DNA of 63,973 nt, filler included, from an uncultured bacterium (GTDB lineage: Bacteria; Latescibacterota; UBA2968), in assembly GCA_964471275.1 (NCBI GenBank). It is 3 parts of 3 records of this genome, joined end to end, with 100 filler letters (N's around TTAATTAATTAA, not from the genome) between each part and the next. Parts side by side here need not be neighbours in the genome. Positions count along the whole stretch, not along the records: positions 47,942 to 63,973 come from CAYYGZ010000094.1; 2 more parts are not named here. One strand, given 5' to 3'. The translations under genes were made by a program, and so were the position numbers. The notes below the pieces were generated by a model. The model saw only the letters and a list, made by a program, of their open reading frames with translations, was not told where the DNA came from and did no database searches. Numbering within the stretch: position 1 is the stretch's first letter; each line of letters opens with the position of its first letter. Positions 61,091 through 63,973 of the stretch are shown here, piece after piece.

Positions 61091-62539
61091 ATGGAATCGG
61101 GGTCGTCGTCGAGTCACATTGCTATGGGGGACAAGATGGATCAGGGGGTAAAGCACTACTGCGGCATATTTGGCGTCTACGGACACACCGACGCCGCGCG
61201 TCTGACCGGGCTGGGGCTGAATGCACTACAGCACCGGGGTGAAGAAAGCTGTGGAATCGCCGTTGGGGATGGTCAGACGATACACGTGCACAAAGGCATG
61301 GGCCATGTATCCGATGTATTCGATCGGCCTGAAGCATTCGATCGCCTGATAGGTCATCTCGCAATCGGCCACAACCGCTACTCGACGACGGGATTGGACA
61401 CGGCGACCAATGCCCAGCCCTACGTTGCGGAGTGTCGTGGACATATCGCCGTAGCGCACAACGGTAACCTGATCAACACGGGCGAGCTTCGGAGAGAGAT
61501 GCAGGGCGGTGGCGCGATCTTTCAGACCTCATCGGACAGCGAGGTCATCCTCCACCTGATCGCAAAATCACGGGCAACATCGATTACCGACCGTGTGCTG
61601 GAAGCCCTCAGCCCCCTGAAGGGCGCCTACTCACTGGTTATGAGCACAGAACGCCACCTGATTGCGGCACGCGATCGCCACGGATTCCGGCCGCTTTGTC
61701 TGGGACAACTCGGAGATGCCTGGATCATTGCGTCTGAATCGTGCGCTCTCGACATCATCTCCGCACGTTATATCCGCGATATCGAACCCGGCGAAGTTGT
61801 TGTGATAGATGAGCACGGCCTGCGCTCTTACTTCCAGGCGGACGCTACCCAGAAACGCGCGCACTGCATCTTTGAGTTCATCTATTTCTCGCGACCCGAC
61901 AGCATGATTTTCGGCGACAACGTCGATAAGACACGTCGGAAGTTCGGCAAACAGCTTGCTATCGAGCATCCAGCCAACGCGGATATCGTCATCTCCGTAC
62001 CAGACTCCAGCAACACGGCAGCACTTGGATATGCAGATCAGTCAGGGCTTCGCTTCGAGCTCGGCTTGATACGCAACCACTATGTCGGCAGGACCTTCAT
62101 AACGCCAAGACAGGACAGTCGCGCCGCAAGGGTGCGCGTCAAGTACAATCCCGTCAGAGGCGTACTGAGGGGAAAACGCGTCGTCATCGTGGAAGACTCG
62201 ATCGTCAGAGGCACGACTCTGAAGCACCTGGCGCGCATGATCCGGGAAGCCGGAGCGAGACAGATACACGTGCGTGTGAGCTGCCCGCCAATCATTTCGC
62301 CCTGTTTCTATGGCATCGATTTCCAGACAGAGAAGGAATTGATCGCCAACGAAAAGACCGTCGATCAAATCAGGGAGCATCTTGGGGTGGACAGCCTTGG
62401 CTACTTGTCCCTGGAGGGGATGATTAACCGTGCGCCTAACGGCGACAACCACTACTGCACGGCGTGTTTCAACCAGGAGTACCCCGTGCAGATCGAGTCT
62501 CCCTTGTCTAAACTGATGCTCGAGAATGGATTCAGCTGA
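61091..62539 (+). CDS. purF: Amidophosphoribosyltransferase (true start may be somewhat downstream)
   Basis: CGIFG, LQHRG, GHNRYST.G, HNGNL, C.FE.IYF.RPDS, PDS, DSIVRGTT, PC.YGID, C.ACF. Confidence 0.97.
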   Translation: MESGSSSSHIAMGDKMDQGVKHYCGIFGVYGHTDAARLTGLGLNALQHRGEESCGIAVGDGQTIHVHKGMGHVSDVFDRPEAFDRLIGHLAIGHNRYSTTGLDTATNAQPYVAECRGHIAVAHNGNLINTGELRREMQGGGAIFQTSSDSEVILHLIAKSRATSITDRVLEALSPLKGAYSLVMSTERHLIAARDRHGFRPLCLGQLGDAWIIASESCALDIISARYIRDIEPGEVVVIDEHGLRSYFQADATQKRAHCIFEFIYFSRPDSMIFGDNVDKTRRKFGKQLAIEHPANADIVISVPDSSNTAALGYADQSGLRFELGLIRNHYVGRTFITPRQDSRAARVRVKYNPVRGVLRGKRVVIVEDSIVRGTTLKHLARMIREAGARQIHVRVSCPPIISPCFYGIDFQTEKELIANEKTVDQIREHLGVDSLGYLSLEGMINRAPNGDNHYCTACFNQEYPVQIESPLSKLMLENGFS

Positions 62540-62642
62540 TCTGTTACCTCACGCTGCGCGCACAGCGGCAACCATCGGGCCGCTGAAACGTCCGCAATAC
62601 TGGGACTGCCGATCTCACCGATTCTCAACGTGACTATCTGAT

Positions 62643-63947
62643 ATGACGAAGCGGACACGTCCCAGACAAGGGCTCATCGAATTCCTGATGAGGCTGGGAT
62701 TCCCCGGTCTCATCCTTGCCCTGGGCACAAGCAACCCGGTTCTGGCCGCGAATCCCGGTGATTTGCTGGACCCGGGTCGATTCGTCAGGTTTGTCAGTGC
62801 CTCCCGGGACCAGGCCAAGTCGCTCAATGTATGGGTGGACAGCCTCCGAGCAGCCGTCAGTGCACACCAGTGGGAATACGGTAAGCGAACCAATGAGGGA
62901 CGTCTCTGGCAGGGATTCGTCCCCCGCTTGACCGAACTTCACGAACTGGAGAAGGGCACTCGCACCAGAACGGACGGCTACCTGGACTCAATCCGGACCA
63001 TCCTGACCCCGAGACAGCGAGAAAAACTGGACGGTCTGCTGAAGAAACACGATCTGCTCGGTCACCGGGTCGAGACTATCCCGTTCCACCAAATCAGCAC
63101 GTCCCCACTAAAACCGAAGTTCGACGACCGCGCCAAGGCCTACCAGGTTGAGTTGCCGGGAGAAGAGACCGTGGCTGCTGGCTGGTCCTACGGAGACCTG
63201 CTCGCCACGTGGACAGTCAACAAGTATGTTCGACTTCCGAACGCGATGGCCAACCAGACACTGGTACAGTCGGCCGATGTACAGGTTTCGGCCAATTCCC
63301 CGACACTCCGAAGCCTGATCGTGCGGTCGCCCTTGATCGTCGCCGCAACCCTGATGGTCCCGGACCTGAGCCACGCTGAGTTCGACGTTCTGTTCGAGCA
63401 CTACCCGCATACATTCGACACGCGCGAATCCGCCTGGGACGCCTACAGCGGCGCAAACGAGCTCGAAAAATACATCCTTGTGCGCCTCAAAATGAGCACA
63501 CCCTACAATGAGTACTACCTCTCCACCGACAGATACATCATCTTTCTCGAAGACAGCGAGGGTGTCGGTTACGAACCGGAAAAGATCAATTCACAGCCCA
63601 TTCGGAAGCTGGAAGCCCTGGAGGTCAGGTTGCCCGGTCAGACCGTCACATACACCGACGTATTCGGTACCTACACGGGTCGACCGGGCTACAAGGAGAC
63701 ACGCACGCTCAGAAACCCGTCCAAGATCCAGTATGCCGGGCAGGAACGACTCGTAAAACTCCACTTCAGGGCACGCGACTTTTCAGGAGCGCCCGTCGTC
63801 AGCCGCAAAACGAGAGAGATGAAGCTTGTCATCCAGCCCGAACTCGAGAATCTGCCAAGAATGGAGTTGAAGTGGGATTTGAAGCGGGAACCGAAGGACA
63901 ACAAGTCATCGTGCAGCAGACCGACCAACAAGCAACCTCCTGGTTGA
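62643..63947 (+). CDS. Hypothetical exported protein
   Basis: Signal-like segment (…PVLA-A), helical region with ILTPRQ, beta-rich C-half; no family recognised. Confidence 0.7.
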   Translation: MTKRTRPRQGLIEFLMRLGFPGLILALGTSNPVLAANPGDLLDPGRFVRFVSASRDQAKSLNVWVDSLRAAVSAHQWEYGKRTNEGRLWQGFVPRLTELHELEKGTRTRTDGYLDSIRTILTPRQREKLDGLLKKHDLLGHRVETIPFHQISTSPLKPKFDDRAKAYQVELPGEETVAAGWSYGDLLATWTVNKYVRLPNAMANQTLVQSADVQVSANSPTLRSLIVRSPLIVAATLMVPDLSHAEFDVLFEHYPHTFDTRESAWDAYSGANELEKYILVRLKMSTPYNEYYLSTDRYIIFLEDSEGVGYEPEKINSQPIRKLEALEVRLPGQTVTYTDVFGTYTGRPGYKETRTLRNPSKIQYAGQERLVKLHFRARDFSGAPVVSRKTREMKLVIQPELENLPRMELKWDLKREPKDNKSSCSRPTNKQPPG

Positions 63948-63973
63948 AGGTCCTGTGGCTATGCGTTCTTGTC

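Overview
Bacterial genomic DNA, GC-rich, apparently a draft or metagenome assembly. Two 100-bp spacers (N44-TTAATTAATTAA-N44, at 23885-23984 and 47842-47941) join three separate contigs, so adjacency across them means nothing. There are also three 10-N scaffold gaps. Contig 1 (1-23884) holds an ~18-kb surface-glycan locus: four GT4s, a GT2, two GT-C-like membrane proteins, an AsnB amidotransferase, three SAM methyltransferases, two NodU/CmcH carbamoyltransferases and a UPF0104 flippase-like protein. After it come a frameshifted receiver gene, a COG3014-LpoB-OMP cluster behind a sigma54-type promoter, a DAG-kinase family gene, adk and the 3' end of a fliM-like gene. Contig 2 (23985-47841) has a DUF4962/heparinase-like gene, an orphan sugar-binding protein, comA and hpnCDE. 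It also has thrC coupled to an unusual FliG-like/TM/FecR-like fusion and a decayed sigma54 activator. An envelope cluster follows (anti-sigma, Spy/CpxP-like, RND/MFP, RDD, exported protein, 8xFN3 lipoprotein) with two matching ECF-type promoters but no sigma gene, then tonB-exbBD. Contig 3 (47942-63973) is mostly housekeeping: parA end, parB, ftsY, iscS, mrp, moeB-like, spermidine synthase-like, a small decaying island, groES/groEL with a perfect CIRCE, exported NiSOD, rnr, purF and one hypothetical. I saw no rRNA, tRNA, CRISPR or mobile element. The best candidate for a novel system is the FliG-TM-FecR fusion; second is the sigma-less ECF regulon. All family calls come from motif recognition by eye, with no database searches.
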